From: Idiomarina loihiensis L2TR
GTDB lineage: Bacteria; Pseudomonadota; Gammaproteobacteria; Enterobacterales; Alteromonadaceae
Length of the DNA: 32,000 bases
Direction: 5' to 3'
Assembly (NCBI RefSeq): GCF_000008465.1
Contig: NC_006512.1
Span: 540,001 to 572,000 of the forward strand
This document shows, in pieces, positions 1 through 9,989 of the stretch. A model generated the notes under the pieces. That model saw only the letters and a list, made by a program, of their open reading frames with translations. It ran no database searches and was not told where the DNA came from. The translations under genes were made by a program, and so were the position numbers. Numbering within the stretch: the first letter of the stretch is position 1; every line of letters starts with the position of its first letter.

Positions 1-72
1 TTTCAGGTTGCAGACTACGGGTTAGTTGCCGACTTATTCGACGTACTACCGGAATTAAACAGCAAAATCTAA
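1..72 (+). CDS. 3' end of a gene that starts upstream of the window; the C-terminal peptide resembles the electron-transfer flavoprotein alpha subunit (EtfA) C-terminus
   Basis: Frame 1 is open from position 1 and reads FQVADYGLVADLFDVLPELNSKI, with stop TAA at 70-72. The pattern IFQVADYG(L/I)VGDLF..(L/V)PEL matches the EtfA C-terminus as I recall it. Only 23 codons are visible. Confidence 0.4.
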   Translation, partial: FQVADYGLVADLFDVLPELNSKI

Positions 73-92
73 CGCCTATAGAGCTGTTAAAA

Positions 93-128
93 TCGCTACT
101 GACGTGCAGTTTTAGCCGTCAGTAGCGA
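93..128 (+). terminator. Perfect 12-bp stem hairpin downstream of the etfA-like gene
   Basis: tcgctactgacg (93-104) pairs perfectly with cgtcagtagcga (117-128) around a 12-nt loop. No clear T-run follows, so its role as an intrinsic terminator is uncertain. Confidence 0.4.
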
Positions 129-253
129 CATTTCCCCGCACTTTTTCTAACAACTTGTTATATTTTCGTGTTCATATACTTGCATATTTTTAACTCATCG
201 GACATGATTCAGACATAACCGCCAAACAAGTTAAAAAGATTAGGTGGCTCACA

Positions 254-2152
254 ATGAAAAGAAGAACAACTATGCTAAAAAAACTTCCTCTGGCTACGGC
301 CATTGCACTGAGCTTTGCAGCATCAGGCCAGGCAGCTGACTTTGAAGTCGGCGATTATGAAATTAAATTCGATTCTATTCTGTCTTACGGCGCAGCGTGG
401 CGTATGGAAGATCAGGCTAACCATCTGATTCATCCGGGTAACATGGCTGGCGGAACGGCAGGTTCTAGTGTCGGCGACGACGGTAACCTTAACTTCGATA
501 AAGGTGACTTAGTCTCATCGGTATTCAAAGGCGTACACGATTTAAGCATTGATGGCGGCAGTCATGGTGCCTTTATTCGTTTCAACTATTGGTACGATCA
601 TGTGGTTTCAGAAGAAAATATGCCGCATGGTCACGCGGGTAACAATTATTATCCTGATACCAAATTAAATGACGATATCTTTGACGATTACTCACAAGGT
701 AAAGGTATCGAGTTATTGGATGCCTTTGTTTACGCTAATTTCGACTTAGGCAGTATGCCAGCCAGCGTACGTTTGGGTCGTCAGGTATTAAGCTGGGGTG
801 AAAGTACCTTTATTTTTAACGGCATTAACGACATTAACCCGTTAGACGTTAACGCGGCACGTCGCCCTGGTGCAGAAATTAAAGAAGCTTTGCTACCCGT
901 AGGAATGTTCAGCACCAGCATTGGTTTAACCAACTCACTCAACTTAGAAGCGTTTTACCAGTACGAGTGGGATAACACCAAGCTGGACGGCTGTGGTACG
1001 TACTTCTCGAGTGTTGATATTATTGGTGGTTCAGGCTGTGGCAAAGTTACGCTTAACCCGCAATTAGTTCAGGGCGACCCTGACAGTTACCTAAGTGACT
1101 TTGAATCGGTACAGGCAGGTGCTTATATCGGCAGTAATCCAACCCTGGAAGCTTCTGACAGTGGTCAGTGGGGTGCAAACCTGCGTTATTATTCGTTAGA
1201 TCTTGGCGCTGAATTTGGCGTTTATTATCTTAACCTGCATAACAACACGCCTATTATTTCGGCTTATAACTGGATAGAAGATCCTCGAGCTAGTCAGCAA
1301 GGCGTATCGCCTCTGGATCTTGGTTTCACCTGGTCTTCTCCTAATGGCTACCCTATTGATGGCCCCCGGTTAGTACTCGAGTACCCTGAGGACACCGAAG
1401 TTTATGGCTTTAGCTTTAGTACTAACTTAGGCTTGTGGTCGGTTTCAGGTGAGTACAGCTACAGAGATGGCGTGCCTGTGCAAATTAACACCACCGAAAT
1501 TTTAACGACAGGTCTGCGTCCAAATGTGCCAAGTACTTTTTCAAACCGTTTTAATAACACCGCGTTTGGCGGTGACGGTTTAGCTCATGGTTATGACCGC
1601 TTAGATGTTAGCCAAACCCAGTTAAGCTTTGTGCGTTTCGTTGACCGTCTGTGGGGTTCTGATCGCATGACTTTCGTGGGCGAAGTGGCGATGAATAACG
1701 TTCACGACATGCCTGGGCTACAGGAACAACGTTATGGTCGTCTTCCATTGTATGGCAAGTGTTTAACTCAAGCAGATATGAGCCCGCTAATTGGAGCAGC
1801 GGAACAAGCTGGCCTTAGTGGTGTTGCTCAACAATTCCAAAGCCAGGTTGGAAACTGCGAAGGTTTTGCAACATCAACGGCTTGGGGTTACCGCACCCGT
1901 TTCCAGTTTGAATACTCAAACGTTTGGCAGGGCTGGGGTTTAAACCCAACTATTCAGTTTAACCATGACGTAAACGGCTACTCAACTAACAGTAACTTTA
2001 TTGAAGGTCGTAAGTCATTAGGTTTGAATTTGGTAGCCGACTACCTGTCAACCTACAAGGTTAGCTTAGGTTACACCATGTATTCTGATGAAGAACTCGA
2101 TCCGCTTTCTGACCGCGATTATGCGTCAGTTAGCTTCTCATACGCGTTCTAA
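254..2152 (+). CDS. Outer-membrane beta-barrel protein, DUF1302-like family
   Basis: 632-aa ORF with AGGTGG 6 nt upstream of the ATG. It has a signal peptide (..FAASGQA/ADFEV) and a C-terminal aromatic residue (..SFSYAF) typical of OMPs. The motif LGRQVLSWGESTFI matches the DUF1302 family from memory. Confidence 0.65.
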   Translation: MKRRTTMLKKLPLATAIALSFAASGQAADFEVGDYEIKFDSILSYGAAWRMEDQANHLIHPGNMAGGTAGSSVGDDGNLNFDKGDLVSSVFKGVHDLSIDGGSHGAFIRFNYWYDHVVSEENMPHGHAGNNYYPDTKLNDDIFDDYSQGKGIELLDAFVYANFDLGSMPASVRLGRQVLSWGESTFIFNGINDINPLDVNAARRPGAEIKEALLPVGMFSTSIGLTNSLNLEAFYQYEWDNTKLDGCGTYFSSVDIIGGSGCGKVTLNPQLVQGDPDSYLSDFESVQAGAYIGSNPTLEASDSGQWGANLRYYSLDLGAEFGVYYLNLHNNTPIISAYNWIEDPRASQQGVSPLDLGFTWSSPNGYPIDGPRLVLEYPEDTEVYGFSFSTNLGLWSVSGEYSYRDGVPVQINTTEILTTGLRPNVPSTFSNRFNNTAFGGDGLAHGYDRLDVSQTQLSFVRFVDRLWGSDRMTFVGEVAMNNVHDMPGLQEQRYGRLPLYGKCLTQADMSPLIGAAEQAGLSGVAQQFQSQVGNCEGFATSTAWGYRTRFQFEYSNVWQGWGLNPTIQFNHDVNGYSTNSNFIEGRKSLGLNLVADYLSTYKVSLGYTMYSDEELDPLSDRDYASVSFSYAF

Positions 2153-2180
2153 TACATTGATTCACACCGTGAATCACGAT

Positions 2181-2210
2181 AAAACCGTCTCTACTGAGGC
2201 GGTTTTTTTA
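2181..2210 (+). terminator. Rho-independent terminator of the DUF1302-like gene
   Basis: aaaaccgtctc / tact loop / gaggcggtttt forms an 11-bp stem with one G-T wobble, followed by a T-run (ggttttttta). Confidence 0.7.
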
Positions 2211-2214
2211 TTAT

Positions 2215-2270
2215 GTAGCCTGACATTTATGTCAGGAACAATATCTCACCTGACATAAATGTCAGGCTAC
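2215..2270. repeat. REPIN-like element: two inverted GTAG-type REP units (subfamily CCTGACATTTATGTCAGG)
   Basis: gtagcctgacatttatgtcagg (2215-2236) is the exact reverse complement of cctgacataaatgtcaggctac (2249-2270), separated by a 12-nt spacer aacaatatctca. Each arm is itself a palindrome. Confidence 0.85.
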
Positions 2271-2304
2271 ATCACGGCAGGTTACATTTTCCGGGAGAAC
2301 AACA

Positions 2305-4320
2305 ATGAAAAAATGGATAATAACAGCGGCGGCGCTGATGCTTTCAGGCACAGCCGCAGCCCAGGAAAAACTCCAGTTAGAAGACATCTTCACGCTGGAA
2401 TACGCATCATCACCGACTATTCACCCCAGCGGCGAATGGACAGTATTTGTTCGTCAGTCTATGGACATAAACAACGATCGCAAAGTGGGGCGTTTATGGG
2501 CCAGCCTGCCAGACGGTGATATTCGCCCGTTAACCGGCAGTCAGGGCAGTGAAAGCCAGCCGGTCTGGTCACCCAGTGGCGACCGCCTGGCGTACGTATC
2601 AACCGAAACCGGCTCTCCGCAAGTGCATATTTACTGGGTCGATTCCGGTGACAGCGCGGCAGTTACTCAGCTAACACAAGCGCCATCTGGCTTAAGCTGG
2701 TCACCCGATGGCAGCCAAATTGCGTTTTCCATGTTTACACCGAAATCACAGCCGGCTCCGGTCAGCTTACCGGGCAAACCCGAAGGTGCCGACTGGACTG
2801 CTGCGCCTAAGTATATCGATAAAGGCAACTACCGTTATGACGGCGGTGGTTATGCCAAAGACGGACACCAGCAAATCTATGTTATTCCGGCGACCGGTGG
2901 CTCTCCGCGTCAGCTAACAGACGAAGAATTCAATCACGGTGGACAACTCTCGTGGTCGCCGGACAGTAAGCATATTTTCTTTTCAGCTAACCGCCGTGAT
3001 GACGCATTCCGTCAGCCAGTTAACAGCGAAATTTATCGCCTAACGCTAAGCACCAAAGAAATTACTGCAATCACCGAGCGTGACGGCCCCGATGGTTCGC
3101 CAAAAGTCTCTCCAAACGGTGAAAAAATTGCTTTTACCGGTTATGACGACACCAAAATGAGCTTTCAGGCCTCTAATTTGTATGTAATGGACTTAGACGG
3201 TTCCGACGTCGAACTGCTGACAGGAGACTTAGACCACAGTGTTACCGGGTTTGAATGGGACCGCGACAGCGAAGGTGTTTACTTTACCTACGACAACAAT
3301 GGGGTCGGACAGCTGGCGCGCACCGACTTAGACGGAGATCATACCCAACTGACCAACAGAGTCGGCGGTCTGTCTTATGCCCGGCCATATGGCGGAGGTG
3401 ACTTCAGCGTAGCCAAAGGTGACCGCATAGCGTTCACCATCTCCAACCCAATGCGTCCAGCGGAGCTGGCACTGTGGGACGACGGCGACGTACAGCAGCT
3501 CACCCGGTTAAACGAGGACGCGCTGGCGCACAAGCAGTTAGCTAAAGTAGAAGAAATTAACTATAAATCGAGTGTTGACGGCATCGACCTGCAGGGCTGG
3601 ATAGCCTATCCGCCGGGTTTCGATAAAGACAAAGATTATCCGCTAATGCTGGAAATTCACGGTGGTCCGCACACTAACTATGGTCCTCGCTTCGCGGCTG
3701 AAATTCAGTTGTTTGCTGCGGCCGGCTACGTGGTGCTTTATACCAACCCGCGGGGCAGTACCAGTTATGGTTCGGACTTTGCCAATGAAATTCACCACAA
3801 CTACCCCAGCCACGACTACAACGACTTAATGGACGGCGTAGACGCAGTTATTAACAAAGGTTTTATCGATAAAGACGAGCTTTACGTTACCGGTGGTAGT
3901 GGCGGCGGCGTGCTAACCGCCTGGATAGTCGGACATACCGACCGCTTTAAAGCTGCGGTTGTGGCTAAGCCGGTTATTAACTGGTACAGCTTTGTGCTTA
4001 CCGCCGATATGTACAACTTTTTCTATCAGTACTGGTTCCCGGGTCTGCCGTGGGAGAATATGGAACATTACATGAAGTATTCGCCTATCAGCTATGTCGG
4101 CAATGTGACTACGCCAACCATGCTGCTGACTGGTGAAAACGACTATCGTACGCCTATGTCAGAAACCGAGCAGTACTATCAGGCACTGAAATTGAAAGGT
4201 GTGGACACCGCTATGGTTCGCATTCAGGACTCAGGCCACGGTATTTACGCGCGGCCCAGTAACCTGATGAACAAAGTAGCTTATATTCTGCATTGGTTTG
4301 AAAAATACCGGGACGAATAA
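2305..4320 (+). CDS. Secreted S9-family serine peptidase (prolyl oligopeptidase / acylaminoacyl-peptidase type) with an N-terminal beta-propeller
   Basis: Signal peptide MKKWIITAAALMLSGTAAAQE. Repeated TolB/WD40-like blades are present (WSPSGDRLAYV, WSPDGSQIAF, WSPDSKHIFF, VSPNGEKIAF). The C-terminal alpha/beta hydrolase has nucleophile elbow GGSGGG, Asp in GENDYRTP and His in DSGHG. Confidence 0.85.
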   Translation: MKKWIITAAALMLSGTAAAQEKLQLEDIFTLEYASSPTIHPSGEWTVFVRQSMDINNDRKVGRLWASLPDGDIRPLTGSQGSESQPVWSPSGDRLAYVSTETGSPQVHIYWVDSGDSAAVTQLTQAPSGLSWSPDGSQIAFSMFTPKSQPAPVSLPGKPEGADWTAAPKYIDKGNYRYDGGGYAKDGHQQIYVIPATGGSPRQLTDEEFNHGGQLSWSPDSKHIFFSANRRDDAFRQPVNSEIYRLTLSTKEITAITERDGPDGSPKVSPNGEKIAFTGYDDTKMSFQASNLYVMDLDGSDVELLTGDLDHSVTGFEWDRDSEGVYFTYDNNGVGQLARTDLDGDHTQLTNRVGGLSYARPYGGGDFSVAKGDRIAFTISNPMRPAELALWDDGDVQQLTRLNEDALAHKQLAKVEEINYKSSVDGIDLQGWIAYPPGFDKDKDYPLMLEIHGGPHTNYGPRFAAEIQLFAAAGYVVLYTNPRGSTSYGSDFANEIHHNYPSHDYNDLMDGVDAVINKGFIDKDELYVTGGSGGGVLTAWIVGHTDRFKAAVVAKPVINWYSFVLTADMYNFFYQYWFPGLPWENMEHYMKYSPISYVGNVTTPTMLLTGENDYRTPMSETEQYYQALKLKGVDTAMVRIQDSGHGIYARPSNLMNKVAYILHWFEKYRDE

Positions 4321-4393
4321 CTCAGGTAGACTAAGTCACGGTAGAACGTGATAAACTACGCGATATTTTTAAGTCGTCAGGTCAACAAAACGA

Positions 4394-5083
4394 ATGAATG
4401 TTGCATTGATAACCGCCCGCGGTGGCTCGAAAGGGCTACCCGGGAAAAATATCGCGTTACTGAACGGTAAGCCGCTTATTGTCTGGACCATACTGGCCGC
4501 ACAAAAGGCTGCGTCGGTTGACGCTGTTTATGTGTCGACAGAAGACCAGGCCATTGCCGACATCAGTCAACAGGCCGGAGCTCAGGTTATTCCGCGCCCG
4601 GCGGAGCTGGCACAGGACGACACCAGCAGCGAACCAGTTATTGCACACGCCATTAATTACTTAAAAAAGCAGTCACTTAACCTTAACAGCGTAACGCTGC
4701 TGCAACCTACGTCGCCGTTAAGGTCGGCACAGCATATTGACGAAGCCTACCGTATTTATGCAGACAGCGACGCCAGCTGCGTTTTAAGTGTTATTGAACC
4801 GGTGCATTCTGCTGCAAAAGCTTACAAATTGAATTCAGACGGGTCACTATCCGGTCTTTTGAGCCTGGACGCGCCTTATATGCGTCGTCAGGATCTTCCC
4901 CGTACCGTTCATCCCAACGGTGCCATTTATATATTTAGTACAGCAGCCTTCGAAGCTGGCGGCGGTATTCCGCGCCAAAATGTCTACCCTTACATTATGA
5001 GCGAAGAGGCGTCTGTCGACATTGACAGAGCAAGTGACCTGCAACTTGCCGAACAGATTATGGAGAAAACACAACATGGCTAA
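4394..5083 (+). CDS. neuA: N-acylneuraminate cytidylyltransferase (CMP-sialic acid synthetase), short form
   Basis: The N-terminal [15 protein letters not shown] motif and LQPTSPLR motif are typical of the CMP-NeuAc/CMP-KDO synthetase fold. It overlaps the neuB start by 8 nt (ATGGCTAA). Confidence 0.85.
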   Translation: MNVALITARGGSKGLPGKNIALLNGKPLIVWTILAAQKAASVDAVYVSTEDQAIADISQQAGAQVIPRPAELAQDDTSSEPVIAHAINYLKKQSLNLNSVTLLQPTSPLRSAQHIDEAYRIYADSDASCVLSVIEPVHSAAKAYKLNSDGSLSGLLSLDAPYMRRQDLPRTVHPNGAIYIFSTAAFEAGGGIPRQNVYPYIMSEEASVDIDRASDLQLAEQIMEKTQHG

Positions 5084-6134
5084 CACCCCGGAAAAACACC
5101 CAGTAATGAAAATTGGCTCACGCGAAATTGGCTACGACCACGACCCGGTTGTGGTAGCTGAAATAGGCATTAACCACGAAGGCAGCCTGGAAACCGCTTA
5201 TGAAATGGTCGACGCTGCAGTCTCTGCGGGCGCTGAAATTATTAAGCACCAGACTCACGTGGTTGAAGACGAAATGAGCGCCGACGCGAAGAAAGTCATT
5301 CCGGGCAATGCCGACGTGTCTATCTACGAAATTATGGAACGTTGCGCGCTGAACGAAGAAGACGAAACCAAGCTGAAAGAATACGTTGAAAGCAAAGGCG
5401 CCATATTCATCAGTACGCCGTTTTCCCGCGCCGCCGCCGAGCGTTTAGAGCGCATGGGTGTTGAAGCCTATAAAATTGGCTCTGGCGAATGTAACAACTA
5501 TCCGTTGCTGGAGCTTGTCGCTTCGTACAAAAAGCCCATTATTCTCAGCACCGGCATGAACGACATTCCGTCTATTGCTAAAGCCGTTGATATTTTCCGT
5601 AAGCACGGCGTGCAGTATGCGCTGTTGCATTGCACCAACGTGTACCCAACGCCGGATAACTTAATCCGTTTAGGTGCTATGAACCAGTTGCAGGACGCTT
5701 TTGACGACGCGGTTGTCGGTTTGTCTGACCACAGTATTGATAATCTAGCCTGCCTGGGCGCCGTAGCCGTTGGTGCCTCTATTCTGGAGCGTCACTTTAC
5801 CGACCACAAACAGCGTACCGGACCGGACATTAACTGCTCTATGGACACCGAAGAGTGCCGTTCGTTAATTCAGGAGTCCAAGCGCATGAAAGCCATGCGC
5901 GGCGGCCAGAAAGGCGCAGTAGCTGAAGAGCAGGTAACCATCGACTTTGCCTACGCCAGCGTTGTGACCATTAAGCCCATTAAAAAAGGTGAAACCTTTA
6001 GCCAGGACAATTTATGGGTTAAACGTCCGGGAACCGGTCAGTTCCTGGCAGACGACTACGAAAACTTAATGGGTAAAACCGCCGCACAAGACATTGAAAA
6101 CGATGTTCAACTGCGCTCTGAGGATGTTCAGTAA
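5076..6134 (+). CDS. neuB: N-acetylneuraminate synthase (NeuB/SpsE family)
   Basis: Contains [15 protein letters not shown] and a C-terminal SAF-like domain (WVKRPGTG). I chose the start at ATG 5076 (MANTPEKH..) over the ORF-track start at 5022, because 5022-5075 lies inside neuA. Confidence 0.9.
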   Translation: MANTPEKHPVMKIGSREIGYDHDPVVVAEIGINHEGSLETAYEMVDAAVSAGAEIIKHQTHVVEDEMSADAKKVIPGNADVSIYEIMERCALNEEDETKLKEYVESKGAIFISTPFSRAAAERLERMGVEAYKIGSGECNNYPLLELVASYKKPIILSTGMNDIPSIAKAVDIFRKHGVQYALLHCTNVYPTPDNLIRLGAMNQLQDAFDDAVVGLSDHSIDNLACLGAVAVGASILERHFTDHKQRTGPDINCSMDTEECRSLIQESKRMKAMRGGQKGAVAEEQVTIDFAYASVVTIKPIKKGETFSQDNLWVKRPGTGQFLADDYENLMGKTAAQDIENDVQLRSEDVQ

Positions 6135-7273
6135 TGAAAAAGAAGGTGCTTTTCGTAACCGGTACCCGTGCCGACTTTGGCAAACTGAAAAGTTTAATTG
6201 AAGTCACCGATAAAGCGGACGAGTTTGAAGTTCAGCTGTTTATTACCGGCATGCACATGATGTCCCGCTACGGCATGACTTCCATAGAAGTCGAGCGCCT
6301 GAAAATAGCTTCCAGCTATAAGTACATTAACCAGACCAAAAACGACACCATGGACGTGGTTCTGGCTAAAACCATTACCGGTTTGTCGGACTACATTCAC
6401 GAGAATAACCCGGATGTGATTGTGGTTCACGGCGACCGGGTAGAAGCCATGGCTGGTGCCATTGTGGGTAGCCTGAACAACATTCTAGTGGCTCATATTG
6501 AAGGCGGCGAGGTGTCGGGCACCATTGACGAGCTTATTCGTCACTCCATATCCAAAATGGCGCACACGCACTTTGTGTCTAACAGCGAAGCGCAGGAGCG
6601 ACTGGTGCAGCTGGGCGAGGCGAAGTCGTCCATTTTTACCATCGGCTCACCCGACCTCGACGTGATGAATTCACCGAATTTGCCTTCGCTGGAGACTGTA
6701 AAAGAAAAGTACGACATTGCGTTTAAAGACTACTCGGTGTTTATGTACCACCCGGTGACCACCGAGCTTGAGTCGCTGGAGTCGAATATCAAATCGACTG
6801 TTGATGCCATGCTGGAAAGTGATGAAAACTTTGTGGTGGTGTACCCCAATAACGACCACGGCACCGACACCATTCTGGCGGAGTTAAAGCGCTGCGAGAA
6901 CCATCCGCGTTTTCGCATTTACCCCAGTATTCGGTTCGAGTACTTTCTGGTGCTGCTGAAAAACGCCAATATGATCATCGGTAATTCAAGCGCTGGCGTT
7001 CGCGAAGCGCCGTTTTACGGCATACCCACTATTAACCTGGGCAGCAGACAGCAAAGCCGGGCTACAGCCGAGTCTATCTTAAACGTAGAAGAGCAGACTC
7101 CGGCTATTTTAGAAGCCATAAAAACCTTTAAAACCAAACGCTTCGAGCCTTCGTCGGAATTTGGTGATGGCAATAGCGCAGAGGGCTTTATCAGTACCTT
7201 GCGATCGGAAGCGTTCTGGGCAATATCCAAGCAAAAAGTTTTTGTAGACTGGGACAAACGTGAAAAAAGTTAA
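6134..7273 (+). CDS. neuC: UDP-N-acetylglucosamine 2-epimerase (hydrolysing)
   Basis: VTGTRADFGKL, HGDRVEA and HIEGGEVSGT motifs of NeuC-type epimerases are present. The start overlaps the neuB stop (TAATG). Confidence 0.9.
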   Translation: MKKKVLFVTGTRADFGKLKSLIEVTDKADEFEVQLFITGMHMMSRYGMTSIEVERLKIASSYKYINQTKNDTMDVVLAKTITGLSDYIHENNPDVIVVHGDRVEAMAGAIVGSLNNILVAHIEGGEVSGTIDELIRHSISKMAHTHFVSNSEAQERLVQLGEAKSSIFTIGSPDLDVMNSPNLPSLETVKEKYDIAFKDYSVFMYHPVTTELESLESNIKSTVDAMLESDENFVVVYPNNDHGTDTILAELKRCENHPRFRIYPSIRFEYFLVLLKNANMIIGNSSAGVREAPFYGIPTINLGSRQQSRATAESILNVEEQTPAILEAIKTFKTKRFEPSSEFGDGNSAEGFISTLRSEAFWAISKQKVFVDWDKREKS

Positions 7274-8321
7274 TTACTATTTTATTTCATCGCCTCTGCA
7301 CTTGCTGTTCAGTGTCACTACGGCCCTGAGTCATAAAGACGATGTTAACGTTGCGGTTATCGATTACTACCTTGAAAGCAATCGTCTGTTATTTACTCAG
7401 GCGCTGGAAAACAGCTCTATTTTTGAAACCGTTATTAGCTTTAGCGATGCGCACGTAAAAAGTAAGCTCAGTAAGCGTAAAGCACGACTAAAAAGGTTGG
7501 CCAATCTGGTTGCAGAACTGCCGCCGTCGCGGGTTTATACCGGCTCTGACCGAAGCGTTGAGTTTCAGTACACTATGCACCTGGCGAACCGCGGGAAAAA
7601 CAGTGCCGAAGGCCATTATCTGGATGAAGGAACCCAAACCTATTTGGGGCACCGGCACATGCACAGCTTTGTGCACAACTACGTCGACCCTTTATTGAAG
7701 AAGCTGGCTTACGGTATGTGGTGGAGCAGTCCGCAGATGATAGGTGCGTCTAAGTGGATATCGACCATTCACGCAACTTTCCCAGAGTTGATACACCCGG
7801 TTTTGCGGAACAAGAAAGTTGAGCCTATTTCAAAAGAGGCGTTTAAACTGCCCGAGTTCGATGAGTTTAATAAGAACCTGCTGGCGCTGGCGGATATTGA
7901 CATAGAGCCGTTAAAGAATGTCGATTACGTTATTATATTAACGGGTGATTCTTTCTATAAAGACGTGAATGAACACCTCGACAGAATGGTGGATATTTTC
8001 AGCCGCAAGACCGAGAAAAGCCGCATAGCGTTAAAAGCTCACCCGCGGTCAAACTATATTGAGCACTTTAAACAAAAGCATCCGGAGCTGGTGCATATCG
8101 ACAATCGGGTTGGGTTTGAGTTGCTGCTGCCGCAGTTTCCCGAGTCCTGTACTTATGTCGGTGACGTCAGCTCAACCTTGTTTACCATCCGCTGGTTGAG
8201 CAACAAACAGAATGTTATGGCCGTGAAGCTGGAGCAGAAAACACCCGAGCATTTTTCAGCACCATTGGCTAAATTATTAAGCGAAGTTGACGTAAAACAG
8301 TTGAGTTATCAGGAGTTGTAG
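7260..8321 (+). CDS. Putative sialyltransferase (GT38/GT52/GT80-like motif set)
   Basis: GTG start overlaps the neuC end by 14 nt. It contains HYLDEGTQTY (a D/E-D/E-G motif; nt 7623-7631 encode DEG) and, about 130 aa later, LKAHPRSN (an HP motif). This arrangement resembles E. coli NeuS (..IEEGTGTY.. / ..KPHPKE..) as recalled. Confidence 0.5.
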   Translation: MKKVNYYFISSPLHLLFSVTTALSHKDDVNVAVIDYYLESNRLLFTQALENSSIFETVISFSDAHVKSKLSKRKARLKRLANLVAELPPSRVYTGSDRSVEFQYTMHLANRGKNSAEGHYLDEGTQTYLGHRHMHSFVHNYVDPLLKKLAYGMWWSSPQMIGASKWISTIHATFPELIHPVLRNKKVEPISKEAFKLPEFDEFNKNLLALADIDIEPLKNVDYVIILTGDSFYKDVNEHLDRMVDIFSRKTEKSRIALKAHPRSNYIEHFKQKHPELVHIDNRVGFELLLPQFPESCTYVGDVSSTLFTIRWLSNKQNVMAVKLEQKTPEHFSAPLAKLLSEVDVKQLSYQEL

Positions 8322-8348
8322 CCTGACACAAAACAAAGGAATAAGACC

Positions 8349-8999
8349 ATGCCCTGGAGCACTCTTTTAGCCGAAGAAAAGCAGAAGCCTTATTTTCAGC
8401 AGCTGTGGCAGCGGGTAGAGCAGGCGCGGCAGGAAACCGTAGTGTATCCGCCCAAAGAAGACGTCTTCAACGCACTTAAGCTCACCGACCCGGAAAACAT
8501 TAAAGTGGTTATTCTGGGACAGGACCCATACCACGGCCCCGGTCAGGCGCATGGTTTGAGTTTCTCGGTACCCGAAGGCGTCAAGTTTCCGCCGTCGCTG
8601 CGTAACATGTTTAAAGCCATAGCCATAGACTACCCGGACACGGTATTGCCACAGCATGGCGATTTAACCAGTTGGGCCGAGCAGGGTGTGTTGTTGCTGA
8701 ATACGGTACTTACGGTAGAGCAGGGTAATGCGCACAGTCATGCCAGCTGGGGCTGGGAAACCTTCACCGATACCGTTATCAGCAAGGTGTCGGACGCAAC
8801 CGATCATGTGGTGTTTTTGCTCTGGGGCTCGCATGCGCAGAAGAAAATACCGCTTATTGACGGCAACAAACATTGCATACTGACCGCACCGCATCCATCG
8901 CCGCTGTCAGCACATCGCGGGTTCTTCGACGCCAACCATTTCCGCAAAACCAACGATTATTTACAGCAACACGGCCGCCAGCCCATTCGGTGGGTGTAG
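8349..8999 (+). CDS. ung: Uracil-DNA glycosylase
   Basis: [18 protein letters not shown] and HPSPLSA motifs at canonical spacing; 216 aa. Confidence 0.95.
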   Translation: MPWSTLLAEEKQKPYFQQLWQRVEQARQETVVYPPKEDVFNALKLTDPENIKVVILGQDPYHGPGQAHGLSFSVPEGVKFPPSLRNMFKAIAIDYPDTVLPQHGDLTSWAEQGVLLLNTVLTVEQGNAHSHASWGWETFTDTVISKVSDATDHVVFLLWGSHAQKKIPLIDGNKHCILTAPHPSPLSAHRGFFDANHFRKTNDYLQQHGRQPIRWV

Positions 9000-9010
9000 T
9001 TCACGTAACA

Positions 9011-9877
9011 TTAAACAAACCGTTGCAGCAGCTTGGCGACCATGGGGTGTTCGAATGGGCGCTTCAGGGTTATGGCGTAAAAATGCTCGAACACATTGGG
9101 CAGAGTTAAATAGCGTTTCAATTGCCCGCTGGTCAACTCGTCCCGAACCACAACGTCCGGAATCACCGCCAGCGCGCCGGTATCCCTGGCTAACAGCCGC
9201 AGCATCGCCATATCGTCGGCCTCGGCCAGCACCCGCGGTTGCCAGTTGTATTCCGCACTGAGCATATCGAACGCCGCCCGCAGCGGCATATTTTCCGGCG
9301 GTAACACCCAGTTATTATTGCGCAAAGCCACATCGGTTAACTGCTCAATGTCACGACCCGGTGGCCCAATAACAGACACCGGCTGCCTCGCCAGTAAACG
9401 GCTCTGCCACAATTGCTTGTCGCTGCCGCGCACACTGGTATTGGCCAGCGCAATATCAATTTGATGATCCGCCAGCTCATTAAATAACTGATCCGGCGTC
9501 ATAGAATGCAGCCGGTACTGAACGTCCTGCTGATGCACCAGCTCGTGAATAAAAGCTTCCACAAAGTTACGCGACATAGTCGAGGCATGACCAATGCGCA
9601 CAACCAAATCACTGCCGTCCATGCCTTGCTTTAGCTGGTTAACCAGGTTCTCACCTTCGTGAAAAATTCGGTCGGCATACTGGCGCGCAATGTATCCGGC
9701 CTGAGTCAGTACCAACTTACGCCCTGTGCGCTCAAACAGCGGCGTACCCAGCCACTCTTCCAGTTGTTTTATCTGCGCCGACAACGCCGACTGCGACACA
9801 TGAAGCTTTTGCGCGGTTTGGGTTAAATGCCCGTTTTCTGCCACGTGCCAAAAGTAATAAAGGTGCTTATAATTCAT
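9011..9877 (-). CDS. LysR-family transcriptional regulator (NhaR-like N-terminus), divergent from the dab operon
   Basis: N-terminal HTH MNYKHLYYFWHVAENGHLTQTAQKLHVSQSALSAQIKQLE followed by a LysR substrate-binding domain. I chose the ATG at 9877 (GGTGAG upstream) over the GTG at 9889. Confidence 0.88.
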   Translation of the reverse strand: MNYKHLYYFWHVAENGHLTQTAQKLHVSQSALSAQIKQLEEWLGTPLFERTGRKLVLTQAGYIARQYADRIFHEGENLVNQLKQGMDGSDLVVRIGHASTMSRNFVEAFIHELVHQQDVQYRLHSMTPDQLFNELADHQIDIALANTSVRGSDKQLWQSRLLARQPVSVIGPPGRDIEQLTDVALRNNNWVLPPENMPLRAAFDMLSAEYNWQPRVLAEADDMAMLRLLARDTGALAVIPDVVVRDELTSGQLKRYLTLPNVFEHFYAITLKRPFEHPMVAKLLQRFV

Positions 9878-9892
9878 CGGGCTCACCAACCG

Positions 9893-9911
9893 TTCACTTA
9901 AAACGAATGAA
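9893..9911. promoter_or_regulatory. Candidate LysR box (T-N11-A type) in the lysR/dabB divergent intergenic region
   Basis: TTCA-N11-TGAA dyad (ttcacttaaaacgaatgaa) 16 nt upstream of the lysR start. Supported by motif only. Confidence 0.3.
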
Positions 9912-9989
9912 TTTATAGTTTATATCTATTTTACTTAACATCAAGCCAGCACCCATAATTGCTCCAAACAAGACACACGAGGCGCATTC

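Noticed and set aside
2259-2519. 86-aa ORF overlapping the start of the S9 peptidase gene
   Set aside because: It starts inside the REPIN palindrome and overlaps, out of frame, a much longer ORF with clear homology signatures.
4394-7273. Alternative reading of neuABC as a legionaminic or pseudaminic acid pathway
   Set aside because: I could not exclude this from sequence alone, but the extra dehydratase, aminotransferase and acetyltransferase genes those pathways need are absent from the operon. I kept Neu5Ac as the working call.
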